A DNA stretch of 64,000 nucleotides from an uncultured Acidobacteriaceae bacterium (GCA_963838245.1 CAWIQM010000003.1:303055-367054), one strand, 5' to 3'. Shown: positions 41,527 through 51,261, counted from the stretch's first letter. Numbers and translations: made by a program. Notes: generated from the letters alone by a model not told the origin.

Positions 41527-42377
41527 GTGAGACCTCGCTGGCGGCGGGCTTCAAAGAGCGCGATGGAGCAGGCAATGGCTGCGTTCAGCGATTCGACGCC
41601 GCAGGTGGGGATGCTGAGCAACTGGGCGGCGGTGAGAACCGGGGCTGAGAGTCCCGCTCCCTCGTTGCCGACGAAGATGGCACAGGGACGACGCAGATCG
41701 GCCGTGGCGACTGACTGCCGGGCAACGGCGGCGAGGCCGTAGATCGCAAACCCGGCTTCGCCAAGTTCGGCAAGAGCGATTGGTAGAGGGACGGTGCCGA
41801 GCACCGGCACGCGGAACAAAGAGCCGGCTGCGGCCCTAATGAGTTTGCCGTTGGCGATCTGAACAGAGCCCTTGCTTAGGACAACGCCGCTGGCCCCGAA
41901 GGCTTCGGCCGAGCGGATAATGGCGCCAGCGTTGCCTGGATCCCGCAGTTCATCCAGCACGAGCACCAGGCTTTCGCCGCCTAACAAATCCCGCCACTGC
42001 CAGACGCGGGGATCGAGCAGCAGGAGGATACCCTGGGCGGTTTCGGTAGAAGCTGTCGCGGCGAAGGCGTGGTCGGTTACCACGGTGATTGGCGCCTGCG
42101 ACCGGTTAATGAGTGCGGCCCACTTCTCGGAAGCTGAAGGCGTGGCGATGATTCGGCGGATGGGCCAGGTCCCGCGTAAAGCCTCTTCGAGGAGGTGCGG
42201 CCCTTCGGCGACAACCCAACCCTCTTCGCCCGGAACGCCTCGCGAGGCGGCTCGGCGGACGGCGTGCAGCAGCGAATTCTTGGGACTAGTGATGACCATG
42301 AGGGAAGGAGGGACAATCGCATTCAGCGCGGATCGAGTACGAGTCGTAGACTGAGAGCATCCAGTTGTTCTTAGCAA
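41523..42377 (-). CDS. SpoU/TrmH-family RNA 2'-O-methyltransferase (RlmB-like)
   Basis: 284 aa; L30e-like N-domain and SPOUT motifs VLDELRDPGNAGAIIRSAEAFGA. Confidence 0.75.
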   Translation of the reverse strand: MLRTTGCSQSTTRTRSALNAIVPPSLMVITSPKNSLLHAVRRAASRGVPGEEGWVVAEGPHLLEEALRGTWPIRRIIATPSASEKWAALINRSQAPITVVTDHAFAATASTETAQGILLLLDPRVWQWRDLLGGESLVLVLDELRDPGNAGAIIRSAEAFGASGVVLSKGSVQIANGKLIRAAAGSLFRVPVLGTVPLPIALAELGEAGFAIYGLAAVARQSVATADLRRPCAIFVGNEGAGLSAPVLTAAQLLSIPTCGVESLNAAIACSIALFEARRQRGLT

Positions 42378-42487
42378 GAGCCCACAAAATGGAGTCCGGG
42401 TCGAGTTGCCGGCGGGCTCTTGCCGCGCTGCTTCGATGACCGCGGCTGACCCTTGCCGGGCTCCCGAAGTTCAGTTTTGAGCCGACG

Positions 42488-43096
42488 ATGCGTTTCTCTC
42501 ACAACATTAAGCCCTTACTGCCTATTACCTGTGTCGTCTTACTGGCACTACTTATAGCCTACCTGTTCTGGACGGCGAAGCAAATTGAGCGGGAATCGAC
42601 GATAGACGACGCGCAGGCGGCAGATGTGATTATCGTGCTGGGTGCGGCCGAGTATCGGGGGAAGCCCTCACCTGTGCTGCAAGGCCGGCTGAACCACGCT
42701 CTGCTGCTGTATCTGAGAGGACTGGCGCCCTATATACTGACGACCGGCGGCGCGGGCGGAGACCCGGAGTTTACGGAAGCCGAAGTGGGGCGCGGTTACC
42801 TCACCGAACACGGTGTTCCGTCGGAGGCGATTCTGGTAGAGCCCGGGGGATCGACGACAGGGCAGAGTTTGACCGTGGCGGCCGAGATCATGCGCCGGAT
42901 GAATTTTCAATCCTGCATCGTGGTGAGTGACGGCTATCACATTTTCCGCGCCCGGCGGATGCTGCAGTTCAAGGGGCTGCATGTTTATGGGTCTCCGCGG
43001 CCGAGCCCGGGGCTGACCACGCCAGGAGCCCTCAAGTGGCTGTACTTCCGGCAGGCCATCGGATGGGCACTGTTCCGGATTGGGATTAATATCTAA
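42488..43096 (+). CDS. YdcF/ElyC (DUF218) family membrane-anchored protein
   Basis: 202 aa; N-terminal TM, DVIIVLGAA … ILTTGG … GSTTGQSL DUF218 pattern. Confidence 0.65.
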   Translation: MRFSHNIKPLLPITCVVLLALLIAYLFWTAKQIERESTIDDAQAADVIIVLGAAEYRGKPSPVLQGRLNHALLLYLRGLAPYILTTGGAGGDPEFTEAEVGRGYLTEHGVPSEAILVEPGGSTTGQSLTVAAEIMRRMNFQSCIVVSDGYHIFRARRMLQFKGLHVYGSPRPSPGLTTPGALKWLYFRQAIGWALFRIGINI

Positions 43097-43100
43097 GCGT

Positions 43101-44549
43101 TTAGGCCCCGGAGGAGCGGACTAAGGATTGTTCAGCAGCCAGCGGCTCCAGGCTCTTTAGCTTGGCGGCCAGCGTAGTGCGTTTGAGCCGCAGAATTTCA
43201 GCTGCGGCTTTCTTGTTTCCGTTGGCGCGGCGCAACGCCTGTTCAAGCAGGTTCAGTTCAATGCGGTTGATGACCGCTTCAAAATCGAGCCCTTCGTCGG
43301 GGAGCGGTACGAGTTGATCCGGCGTGACTTGGACCGACTGGCGCGCTCCGGGCATGCGGGTCAGGTTGAAGTCATCGCAGTGCAACACAGTCCGATCGCC
43401 GGAGAGAACGATGGCCATTTCGATAGTGTTTTCGAGCTGCCGGACGTTGCCGGGCCAAGCGTAGCGAACCAGTTCCGAGAGGGCATCGGGCGGCAAGGTT
43501 TTCGCGGGTATGCGTTCCTGCTGGCAGACCCGTTTGATGAAGTGACGGACCAAGCCCGGAATATCTTCCGGCCGATCGCGAAGAGGCGGTATGAGGATCG
43601 GCACGACATTGAGGCGGTAGTAAAGGTCCTCGCGGAACTTACCTTGCCGGACGCGCTCCAGGAGACCGACATTGGTGGCGGCGATAACGCGGACATCGAC
43701 CCGGATGGTTTCCGAACTGCCCACGCGTTGGAACTCGCGCTCCTGGAGCGCGCGCAGTAACTTGGCTTGCAAGTCGAGCGGCACATCGGCGACTTCATCG
43801 AGAAAGAGGGTACCACGGTGAGCTTGTTCAAAGCGGCCGACCCTTGCGGCAGTTGCGCCGGTAAAAGCACCTTTAACGTGACCGAAAAGTTCGGCTTCAA
43901 TCAAGTTATCTGGAATTGCCGCACAATTCACCGGAATCATAGGCATGCCGGCGCGCTGACTGGCGTCGTGGATGGCGCGGGCCACCACTTCTTTGCCGGT
44001 ACCTGTCTCGCCGAGGATCAACACCGTGGAGCGGCGATTAGCGATCAACTCGATAGTGTCGGCGACACGCTGCAGCGCGTCGCTGGCACCCACTAGACGT
44101 TTGCGCCAGGTGCCTGGGTCGGCCGGTGTGTCGGCACATGATGTTGATCCCGGGCCTTCCGGCACGAATTCCCCGGAGCCAGGGACAACGTAGGGCTCAG
44201 ATTTAATGCCTTGGTCAATTTTGGCCTGAATGTCTTCCGGCGCAGGGCGACAGTCAAAGTAATATGTGGCACCTAGTTTTACCAAGGTTAGTGCTTCATC
44301 AGCGGTTCCCTGCTCGCGGAAGAATAGGACTTTAGTCGCAGGACTGTAAAGCCGGGCCCACTCAAGCAGTTGAGCGGGGCTCGAAGAATTCATGGGAAGA
44401 CGAGCAATTAGCGCGGCATGAGGTACTCCGGTGCTGATCGCTTCGCGCAAAGCGACCAAAGCGTCGCCTGCGGAACAAGCGATGGAGGTTAGAGGCGTTT
44501 CCGGCGGAAAACCCGGGGGACTGGTTTCATCTAGCCATAGAATTCGCAT
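43101..44549 (-). CDS. sigma-54-dependent Fis-family transcriptional activator with degenerate (Asp-lacking) receiver-like N-domain
   Basis: ORF 43101..44684, likely start MRILWLDE at 44549. AAA+ sigma54-interaction domain (GETGTGKEVVARAIH, GAFTGA, ESELFGH-like) and C-terminal Fis HTH. N-domain lacks the canonical DD pocket / phospho-acceptor Asp. Confidence 0.8.
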   Translation of the reverse strand: MRILWLDETSPPGFPPETPLTSIACSAGDALVALREAISTGVPHAALIARLPMNSSSPAQLLEWARLYSPATKVLFFREQGTADEALTLVKLGATYYFDCRPAPEDIQAKIDQGIKSEPYVVPGSGEFVPEGPGSTSCADTPADPGTWRKRLVGASDALQRVADTIELIANRRSTVLILGETGTGKEVVARAIHDASQRAGMPMIPVNCAAIPDNLIEAELFGHVKGAFTGATAARVGRFEQAHRGTLFLDEVADVPLDLQAKLLRALQEREFQRVGSSETIRVDVRVIAATNVGLLERVRQGKFREDLYYRLNVVPILIPPLRDRPEDIPGLVRHFIKRVCQQERIPAKTLPPDALSELVRYAWPGNVRQLENTIEMAIVLSGDRTVLHCDDFNLTRMPGARQSVQVTPDQLVPLPDEGLDFEAVINRIELNLLEQALRRANGNKKAAAEILRLKRTTLAAKLKSLEPLAAEQSLVRSSGA

Positions 44550-44719
44550 GGTGGCAAGAAATAGATCGGCGCCAATTCTTTGGCGCGTTAGAGGGAGCTG
44601 GGTGGCGCAACGTGTTTCTCCAGCAAAAAGTACAGTAGCCGGTCTTCGGAAGGGACTAAGGCGACTGAGCCAAGTGGCGAGCAATTAACCTGGGCAACGG
44701 CGTATATAAAAATGGAAAC

Positions 44720-45190
44720 ATGCGTGCGGTAATCCAGCGAGTCAGCCGAGCCCGTGTGAAAGTAGCCGATGAAACAGTTGGCGAGATTGGGAGCGGCTTG
44801 CTGGTATTGCTGGGAATACACCGTTTAGATGGTTTTCAGGAAGCCGACTGGATAGTCAGAAAAATCGCAAACCTGCGTATATTCGAGGATGCATCGGGCA
44901 AGATGAATCGGAACGTTCTGGAGGCAGGTGGGGCGCTGCTATTGGTATCTCAGTTCACCCTGTATGGTGACACCACGAAGGGAAACCGCCCCTCTTATTC
45001 AGAGGCGGCGCCGTCGGAGGTCGCTCAAAGACTCTACGATTACGTGGTTGGCGCCTGCAAAGCGAAGTGTAAGGTTCGAGTGGAAACCGGCGTATTCCAG
45101 GCACAAATGGAAGTGGAATTAGTAAATGATGGGCCTGTCACGATATGCTGCGAAATCGAGTCTAAGGACAACAAGGTGAATATTAAGTAG
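44720..45190 (+). CDS. dtd: D-aminoacyl-tRNA deacylase
   Basis: 156 aa; SQFTLY motif. Confidence 0.85.
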   Translation: MRAVIQRVSRARVKVADETVGEIGSGLLVLLGIHRLDGFQEADWIVRKIANLRIFEDASGKMNRNVLEAGGALLLVSQFTLYGDTTKGNRPSYSEAAPSEVAQRLYDYVVGACKAKCKVRVETGVFQAQMEVELVNDGPVTICCEIESKDNKVNIK

Positions 45191-45214
45191 CGAGTGTGTT
45201 ACTGATAAAAGCAT

Positions 45215-45484
45215 ATGGCAAATTCTCAAAGCCCGAGCAGGGAGATTCTGGAAGCTGCGCTCCAGGGTCTTGAACTTCAGAAGCAGCGACTAGATGACCA
45301 GATATCGCAAGTGCGTGCGCTCTTAGGCCGGCGAGTGGGACGACCGCCCAAGTCTCCAGCTTCGGCAGGGCAGACCGCCGCTCCGGGCCCGAAGAGAACG
45401 TTGAGCGAGGAAGCACGGAAGCGAATCGCGGCGGCACAGAAGCGTCGCTGGGCCGCCTTCCGCAAGGGCAAAGCTCAGGGGTAA
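45215..45484 (+). CDS. small basic coiled-coil hypothetical protein
   Basis: 89 aa ORF 24 nt after dtd; Lys/Arg-rich C-terminus; no recognisable domain. Confidence 0.35.
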   Translation: MANSQSPSREILEAALQGLELQKQRLDDQISQVRALLGRRVGRPPKSPASAGQTAAPGPKRTLSEEARKRIAAAQKRRWAAFRKGKAQG

Positions 45485-45610
45485 GCGGTTTCGAACCGAG
45501 CGGCCGAGAATCTTAGTTTCCAGACCCACAGCGTAAGAGACCGTGATATCTCCTGCTAACTTTGGCGCGGGAGGTGCGACTCAGGGTGCTCTTAAGGCAT
45601 CAGGAGAAGG

Positions 45611-45994
45611 GTGATCATCGGCATTGGCACGGACTTAGCGGAAGTACCGCGAATTCGGCGCAGCATAGAAAACTACGGAGACCGGTTTCTTCACCGGATT
45701 TACACCGAGCGGGAGCGCGCCTATGCGTCGCGAAAGGCGAATGCGGCCGAACGGTTCGCGGCTCGCTTCGCGGCCAAGGAAGCGGGCATGAAGGCGATCG
45801 GGACCGGACTCAGACACGGGATTAGCTGGAAGGACTTCGAGGTAGTGAACGAGCCTTCAGGCCGTCCGACGCTGGTGCTGAGCGGGGTCGCAAAACAGAT
45901 TGCCGAGCGACTGGGCGCGCGGCGGATTTCACTTTCCCTGACGCATACGGCGGCAATGGCCTTTGCGGTAGTCGTATTGGAGGACGGAAAGTAG
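45611..45994 (+). CDS. acpS: holo-[acyl-carrier-protein] synthase
   Basis: 127 aa, GTG start with AGGAGAAGG RBS; GIGTDLAEVPRI motif. Confidence 0.85.
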   Translation: MIIGIGTDLAEVPRIRRSIENYGDRFLHRIYTERERAYASRKANAAERFAARFAAKEAGMKAIGTGLRHGISWKDFEVVNEPSGRPTLVLSGVAKQIAERLGARRISLSLTHTAAMAFAVVVLEDGK

Positions 45995-46035
45995 GGATCG
46001 TGCCCCTAGTCTCCGACGGAAAGGCAATCGCTGCA

Positions 46036-49000
46036 CTATTCATCCAAGCATCGGGAGGGTGCTTTCAGCGAGGCCTGTTCGGCGGCGAGGGCGCGACCTT
46101 TGGCGAGGTCGACTTTACCGGTGCCCAGTGTAGGTATAGCGTCCACTTGGTAGAATGCATCGGCTTTCGGCAGCCATAGCGGCGGCAGGCTCTTCGCAAG
46201 ATGCGCCACCATTTGGGGCGGCGTGAGAGCAGAGCGCGTATAGAGCACGCCGAGGCGCTCGCCTCGCTTCTCGTCAGGCACACCTACGACCAGACACTCT
46301 CCGCCTGCCAAAACCTCATGGAGTTCTTCCTCGATCTTGAGGTGCGGTACCATCTCGCCCGCGACCTTGCTAAAGCGGGCCAGCCGGTCGATGAGATAGA
46401 GGAAACCGTCCTCGTCAAAGCAGGCTAGGTCGCCAGTGATGTAGAAGCCGTCGTGCAGCGCCTTCGTGGTGCGAACCGGATCACCCAAGTAGCCGACCAT
46501 CAGACTCGGACCCTTCACCAGAAGAAGACCCGTAGCCCCAAGCGGCATTGGCTCAAACGTCTCAGGGTGCGCCACCCGAGCTGCAACCGCAGGGATGGGC
46601 CGGCCCACGCTGCCCTGACGATAGCCGCCTTTTCCGTTCGATGCCGGCGGGGTATTGACGGAAATCACCGGGCCCAACTCGGTACAACCATAGCCTTCAA
46701 GCGGCGTGATTCCGAACTTCGCTTCGAACGCAGTAACCAGCTTGGGCCGCAGTTTCTCGGCGCCGACGAGCAGGTAACGGATATTGGAGAACTGCTCGCG
46801 AGTGCAACTGCGGAGGTAGCCGACGCAGAAAGTCGGAGTGGCCAGAAGGAGCGTCGGACGATGCTGCGCGGCGAGCTCGCCAATGGTCTTCGCCTCGGTC
46901 GGATTGGGGTGGTAGATGGCGCGAAATTCGTTGAGAAGCGGGAACCAGAGGGTGTAGGTGTAACCGAAGGAATGAAAGAACGGGAGAACGCCCAGCATGG
47001 CATCGCTGGGGCCAACAAAATAGACCTGGGCGACGGACTCCATATTGGAGATGAGGTTCCAGTGCGAAAGCTGGATGCCTTTGGGCACGCCGGTGCTACC
47101 GCTAGAGAACATGACAGTGGCAATGTCATCCGGTTTCACCTTGCCCGTCAGGTACGAGATTGGCGCGAAACGAGCGGTGAGTAGTGCGGCGAGTTTCGCC
47201 CAGCGCGAGAACGATGGCAGCAGGTCTTCGAAGTAGACCGCGCCGGGCATCGCCTCAAGTTTAATCTTCTCAAGGAAAACGTGTGAGGTAAGAACGATCC
47301 GGATATCGCACTGAGCCACGGCAGCTGCAATCGCTGCATGGCCTGTGGTGAAGTTCAGGTTGACGGCGACGCGCCCGGCGAGCGCGACACCGAGATTCGC
47401 CAGTGCGCCGCCGACGGATGCCGGGAGCAGAAGTCCAATGCGTTCACCATCCCCGGTGTGTGCGCGAATCCAATTCCGCAGGAGTATCGCCGCGATAAGC
47501 GACTTCCCAAACGACATATCCTTACCGGTGGAGTCGGCGATGGCGGGGGCCAACCAGCGGCGGCGCACTGCGCGGACAAAGCGGTGAGGGAGGGTCGCCG
47601 TGCGGCGTTTACGCCATTCGGCGGCATCGCTCGAAAGAAGTAGGATGCGGAGCCGTAGTTCGGCCGCGCTTATCGGCTCGCGAATGGGCTTTCCGATAAC
47701 GATGACCACGTTAGGCCGCCACGGTCCGCGCCAGCTTGAAAATGGTTTTCCGCACGCATAACTGAGCGCGTGCCCCCACAGACCGTCGATGAAGACGGGA
47801 ACGATTGGCACGGTCAGGCCTTTCACAATGCGCTCGACGCCGCGCTCGAACGGCATAACCTGGCCGGTGCGGGTGATACCCCCCTCGGGGAAAATGCCGA
47901 CCAGGCGGCCATTGACCAGTTCCTCACGGGCGTGGTGCATGGCGCGGAGAACTTCTTTCGGCGCTCCGTTGGGCACGGGAATGGCGTGCAGGAGACGGAA
48001 GAAAGGCCGCACGGCTTTGATCTCAAAATAAGGCTGCCACATCAGAAAGCGAATGAAGCGGCGCGTGACGGAGCCGACCAGGACGGCATCGGCAAGCGAG
48101 ACATGGTTGGAAGCGATCAGCGCCGCGCCGTGAGCCGGGATGTTTTCGCGACCGGAGATGCTAACGCTGAAGAGCAGGTTCCGGATGGTAAGAAGAATGA
48201 AGCGCACCACTAAGGCAGGCATGACGGCCACAATGATGGCCGTGGAGGCAAAGGTGAATGCGCCGAGGGCGGCGAGGATATGGCTAGCGGTCCAATGGAA
48301 CCGGTCGTGCAACAGCGACAACATGCCGGAGGCGATGATGACGCCAATCATGTTGGCGAAATTATTCGTGGCCAGCAGGCGGCCTTTTTCTTCGGCTGGG
48401 GCGCGTTCCTGCAGATAGGCATTGAGCGGCACGATAAACAGACCGCCGGAAAAGCCGACGGCAACCAGCCAGACAGACGACCACAGCAAAGAGTGCGTGA
48501 AACCCACACCTAACAAGGAGAGGCCTAGCAGGGCAGCTCCCAGCGGGACAATACCCAGTTCAACGCCATCGGTTGAAACCCAGCCGGCAGCTATGCTGCC
48601 CAGCCCGATGCCCACGGCGAGCGCCGTCACGAGCAGGCCGATCTGGGCGTCCGGGATGTGCAGAGTCTCCTTGCCAACCAGGATAATGGCGAGCTGGACC
48701 AGCGCGCCGATGAACCAGAAATAAGAGATGCCGAGAACGCTAAGGCCGAGTTCGCGGCTGCGAAGTAGCTGCCGGGACCCGGTCCAGATCTCGCTGAACG
48801 GATTCCAGTGAAAACGCTCGGCAGCACCCGAGGGAGGGACATAGGTAATGCGCAGACTGATCACCGAAGCGACCAGGGCAATGCCGAGGAGGGTAAAGCC
48901 CATGTTGAGCGGCTGCTGCTTCCAGTGGCCATAGAGGAAAGTGCCGAAACTGGAGCCAACGACAATGGCGGCGAAGGTGGAGAGTTCGATGAGGCCGTTG

Positions 49001-49458
49001 GCGCGTGTGAGCTGCGACTCCGGCACCAATTCGGGGAGGATGCCGTATTTGGCCGGGCTGAAGAAGTTCGCTTGCATGGCAAGCAGGAATAGCACGGCAA
49101 GTAAGAGGTGGATGCTGTGAGCCAGCAAGGCGAAGATGCCCAGCACCATGATCAGGATTTCAAAGGCCTTGGTGATTTGCAGCACGCGCGTCTTGCTGAA
49201 GCGGTCGGCAAGCTGGCCGGCGTGCCCGGCGAAGAGAAGGAACGGCAGAACGAAAACGGCCCCGGCGAGCGACAGATAAAGCGCGCCGCTCTCCTGGTTC
49301 GCAGCGATGTCGACGGCCGCGACCGAGACAATCATCTTGTATACGTTGTCGTTAAAAGCAGCGAGAAACTGAGTCCAGAGAAATGAACTGAAGCCGCCAT
49401 CGCGGAGAAGTTGGAAGTAGTTGGCGGAGTTGGCTGCGGATGGCGCCTGATTCGTCAT
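46036..49458 (-). CDS. tri-functional fusion: MFS lysophospholipid transporter (LplT-like) - 2-acyl-glycerophosphoethanolamine acyltransferase - acyl-ACP synthetase (Aas-like)
   Basis: ORF 46036..49530 (1164 aa), probable start MTNQAP at 49458. Approximately 12 TM helices. Acyltransferase NHVSLAD and FPEGG motifs. AMP-binding MFSSGSTGVPKG. Confidence 0.8.
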   Translation of the reverse strand: MTNQAPSAANSANYFQLLRDGGFSSFLWTQFLAAFNDNVYKMIVSVAAVDIAANQESGALYLSLAGAVFVLPFLLFAGHAGQLADRFSKTRVLQITKAFEILIMVLGIFALLAHSIHLLLAVLFLLAMQANFFSPAKYGILPELVPESQLTRANGLIELSTFAAIVVGSSFGTFLYGHWKQQPLNMGFTLLGIALVASVISLRITYVPPSGAAERFHWNPFSEIWTGSRQLLRSRELGLSVLGISYFWFIGALVQLAIILVGKETLHIPDAQIGLLVTALAVGIGLGSIAAGWVSTDGVELGIVPLGAALLGLSLLGVGFTHSLLWSSVWLVAVGFSGGLFIVPLNAYLQERAPAEEKGRLLATNNFANMIGVIIASGMLSLLHDRFHWTASHILAALGAFTFASTAIIVAVMPALVVRFILLTIRNLLFSVSISGRENIPAHGAALIASNHVSLADAVLVGSVTRRFIRFLMWQPYFEIKAVRPFFRLLHAIPVPNGAPKEVLRAMHHAREELVNGRLVGIFPEGGITRTGQVMPFERGVERIVKGLTVPIVPVFIDGLWGHALSYACGKPFSSWRGPWRPNVVIVIGKPIREPISAAELRLRILLLSSDAAEWRKRRTATLPHRFVRAVRRRWLAPAIADSTGKDMSFGKSLIAAILLRNWIRAHTGDGERIGLLLPASVGGALANLGVALAGRVAVNLNFTTGHAAIAAAVAQCDIRIVLTSHVFLEKIKLEAMPGAVYFEDLLPSFSRWAKLAALLTARFAPISYLTGKVKPDDIATVMFSSGSTGVPKGIQLSHWNLISNMESVAQVYFVGPSDAMLGVLPFFHSFGYTYTLWFPLLNEFRAIYHPNPTEAKTIGELAAQHRPTLLLATPTFCVGYLRSCTREQFSNIRYLLVGAEKLRPKLVTAFEAKFGITPLEGYGCTELGPVISVNTPPASNGKGGYRQGSVGRPIPAVAARVAHPETFEPMPLGATGLLLVKGPSLMVGYLGDPVRTTKALHDGFYITGDLACFDEDGFLYLIDRLARFSKVAGEMVPHLKIEEELHEVLAGGECLVVGVPDEKRGERLGVLYTRSALTPPQMVAHLAKSLPPLWLPKADAFYQVDAIPTLGTGKVDLAKGRALAAEQASLKAPSRCLDE

Positions 49459-49608
49459 TTGGTGGGAAAGGGGAGGTGGTCTACACGAACACCTGGGGCT
49501 GCTCGCACTTGTGTCACGTCGTTTGACCATACTCCCACAAACCTGCTGCAGGATGTGAGGCGCGGGTTGTTTGCGGCGCGACCGCCGGCGGCGGGCAAGG
49601 CCGTTGCG

Positions 49609-50661
49609 CTATTGCTCGACTTTGGTAAAGACAACGTTGAAGATCTTGTTGGTCTTGGTTTGCGCCCAGGTACCTTCGAGGTTGCGGCGGTCGGAGGACA
49701 GCCGAAGCTTGCAACGCGCGCGCGGCGGCTGGCCCATATTCATCTCGATAAAGCCGCCGCTGACCTCAATCACTTCAGCCGGCTCACGCTCTGTTTTTGC
49801 TGCCTGATTATCGACCAAGACAACAACTCGGTCGCCGGGCTGCAGCTGGATTTGAATAGTGATGGCGTTGGTTGTTCCGACTTCGCCCTTCCAGGTACCG
49901 GCCAAGGCGGGGTTGGGAGGTTGGAGCCTCGGAGGTATCTGATGGGGTTGGACTTCCTGCCTGGGAGCAGGGGACTGATGCGATTCCTCCTCGGGTTTTG
50001 GGGAGGGGCGCATTAGGAAAAAGGCGGCGGCGATGAAGACGACGGCTGCGGCGATGGAGAGCCGAAATATCGGCCGGCTCGTCAGCGGCGTAGAAGGCGC
50101 TGATGGAGAGGTGAAAGAGCCGGTTTCGATCGCCGGCGCAGGCGAGGGGCGGGGCGGTGCCTCGTGAGGCGGCGGGGGTGCGTGCGGCGCGGCTTGAGAC
50201 GGCGAGAAATGGATGTCGGCTTCAGCAGCAGTGGCCGCGGTTTCAGGCTTTGGCGGGCTGGCGTTGAGAGCTTCGCCGACAGCGGCGAGAAGCGTCTTGG
50301 AATGGTCCGTGGCGCCCCCGCCGATGGCGGTAAGCCACTGAGTATTGCTCAGGAAGTAAACGAAGTCGCCCTCCGGCTTCACAGCTTCCAGCAGGACCGG
50401 GACAATGCGCAGTTGCGACGAGTCGGCGAGTTGAACCTCGCGCGCCACCTGACGCGATTGGTTGGACGCACTGGAGAGCAGGAGCAGCATCACCCGGGCG
50501 TTGGAGATACCGTGGACGATCTCGGCGGCCCAGGTTGAACCGGGACGAATGTCGCGTGGGGCCATCCAGCAGGAAAAGCCCTGCGACTCAAACAGTTGAA
50601 GGGCGGACTCGGCCCACGCTTGATTGGCGGTCGAATAGCTGATGAAGATGTCGTGTGCCAC
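49609..50661 (-). CDS. TIR-domain protein with Pro-rich linker, single TM helix and small extracytoplasmic C-terminal domain
   Basis: 350 aa, GTG start. N-terminal HDIFISYSTANQAWAESALQLFESQGFSCWMAPRDIRPGSTWAAEIVHGISNARVMLLLLSSASNQSRQVAREVQLA is a TIR_2-type domain with a conserved Glu in the SxxSxWxxxE region. TM helix IFRLSIAAAVVFIAAAFFLM. About 100-aa beta-rich C-terminal domain. Confidence 0.7.
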   Translation of the reverse strand: MAHDIFISYSTANQAWAESALQLFESQGFSCWMAPRDIRPGSTWAAEIVHGISNARVMLLLLSSASNQSRQVAREVQLADSSQLRIVPVLLEAVKPEGDFVYFLSNTQWLTAIGGGATDHSKTLLAAVGEALNASPPKPETAATAAEADIHFSPSQAAPHAPPPPHEAPPRPSPAPAIETGSFTSPSAPSTPLTSRPIFRLSIAAAVVFIAAAFFLMRPSPKPEEESHQSPAPRQEVQPHQIPPRLQPPNPALAGTWKGEVGTTNAITIQIQLQPGDRVVVLVDNQAAKTEREPAEVIEVSGGFIEMNMGQPPRARCKLRLSSDRRNLEGTWAQTKTNKIFNVVFTKVEQ

Positions 50662-50735
50662 GGCTAAACCAAACTAAGACTAATGATGCCAATAGTCAAC
50701 TGAAAAGAGGGGAGATTCCCCGATAGAGAAGCGGG

Positions 50736-50776
50736 CCAAACGAAACGGCCCGGGAAGCTGTGATGCTCGCCGGGCC
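50736..50776 (-). terminator. rho-independent terminator after rplQ
   Basis: Minus-strand GGCCCGG-cgagcatcacagcttc-CCGGGCC followed by GUUUCGUUUGG. Confidence 0.5.
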
Positions 50777-50802
50777 GGTTCTGTATCTAAGCTGATCGGT
50801 TG

Positions 50803-51261
50803 CTATTTCGAATCTTCGTCCGCTTCGCCTTCGCCGCCGCTCTCCTTGATTTGCTTGAGGCGTTCTTCGCGGCGCTTGGCGCGTTCGGCGGCTCGCTTCA
50901 CGAGCTCCGAACCGACCAGCTCTAGCTTAGCGGTCTCGGCACCGTCGCCTTTGCGCCAGCCGAGCTTCACGATGCGGGTGTAACCGCCTTCACGCTGGTT
51001 AAAGCGAGGTCCGATCTTTTCAAACAGCTTCTGAACCGCTTCGGGGGTCAGCAAAAAGGCAGCGGCCTGGCGGCGCGAATGGAGAGTATCGCGCTTAGCG
51101 AGCGTGATCATCTTTTCAACCAGAGGCTTGGCGGCTTTTGCCTTAGGGATCGTAGTGGTGATGCGTTCCTCGAGAATGGTGCTGGTAACGAGGCTGCGAA
51201 GCAGAGCCCGGCGCGCGCCGATGTCCCGCTTTAGCTTTACTCCTGCTTTGCGATGTCTCAT
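50803..51261 (-). CDS. rplQ: 50S ribosomal protein L17
   Basis: 152 aa, MRHRKAGVKLKR…. Confidence 0.9.
   Translation of the reverse strand: MRHRKAGVKLKRDIGARRALLRSLVTSTILEERITTTIPKAKAAKPLVEKMITLAKRDTLHSRRQAAAFLLTPEAVQKLFEKIGPRFNQREGGYTRIVKLGWRKGDGAETAKLELVGSELVKRAAERAKRREERLKQIKESGGEGEADEDSK

Noticed and set aside
45485-45610. GGTTTCGAACC-containing sequence resembling a tRNA T-arm / terminator after the small hypothetical gene
   Set aside because: No full cloverleaf can be built; stem is imperfect and not followed by a U-tract, so neither tRNA nor confident terminator.
46453-49092. Multiple plus-strand ORFs (for example 46453..47184, 47770..48213) inside the LplT-Aas gene
   Set aside because: Antisense artefacts within a 3.4-kb gene whose three domains are all recognisable in the minus frame.
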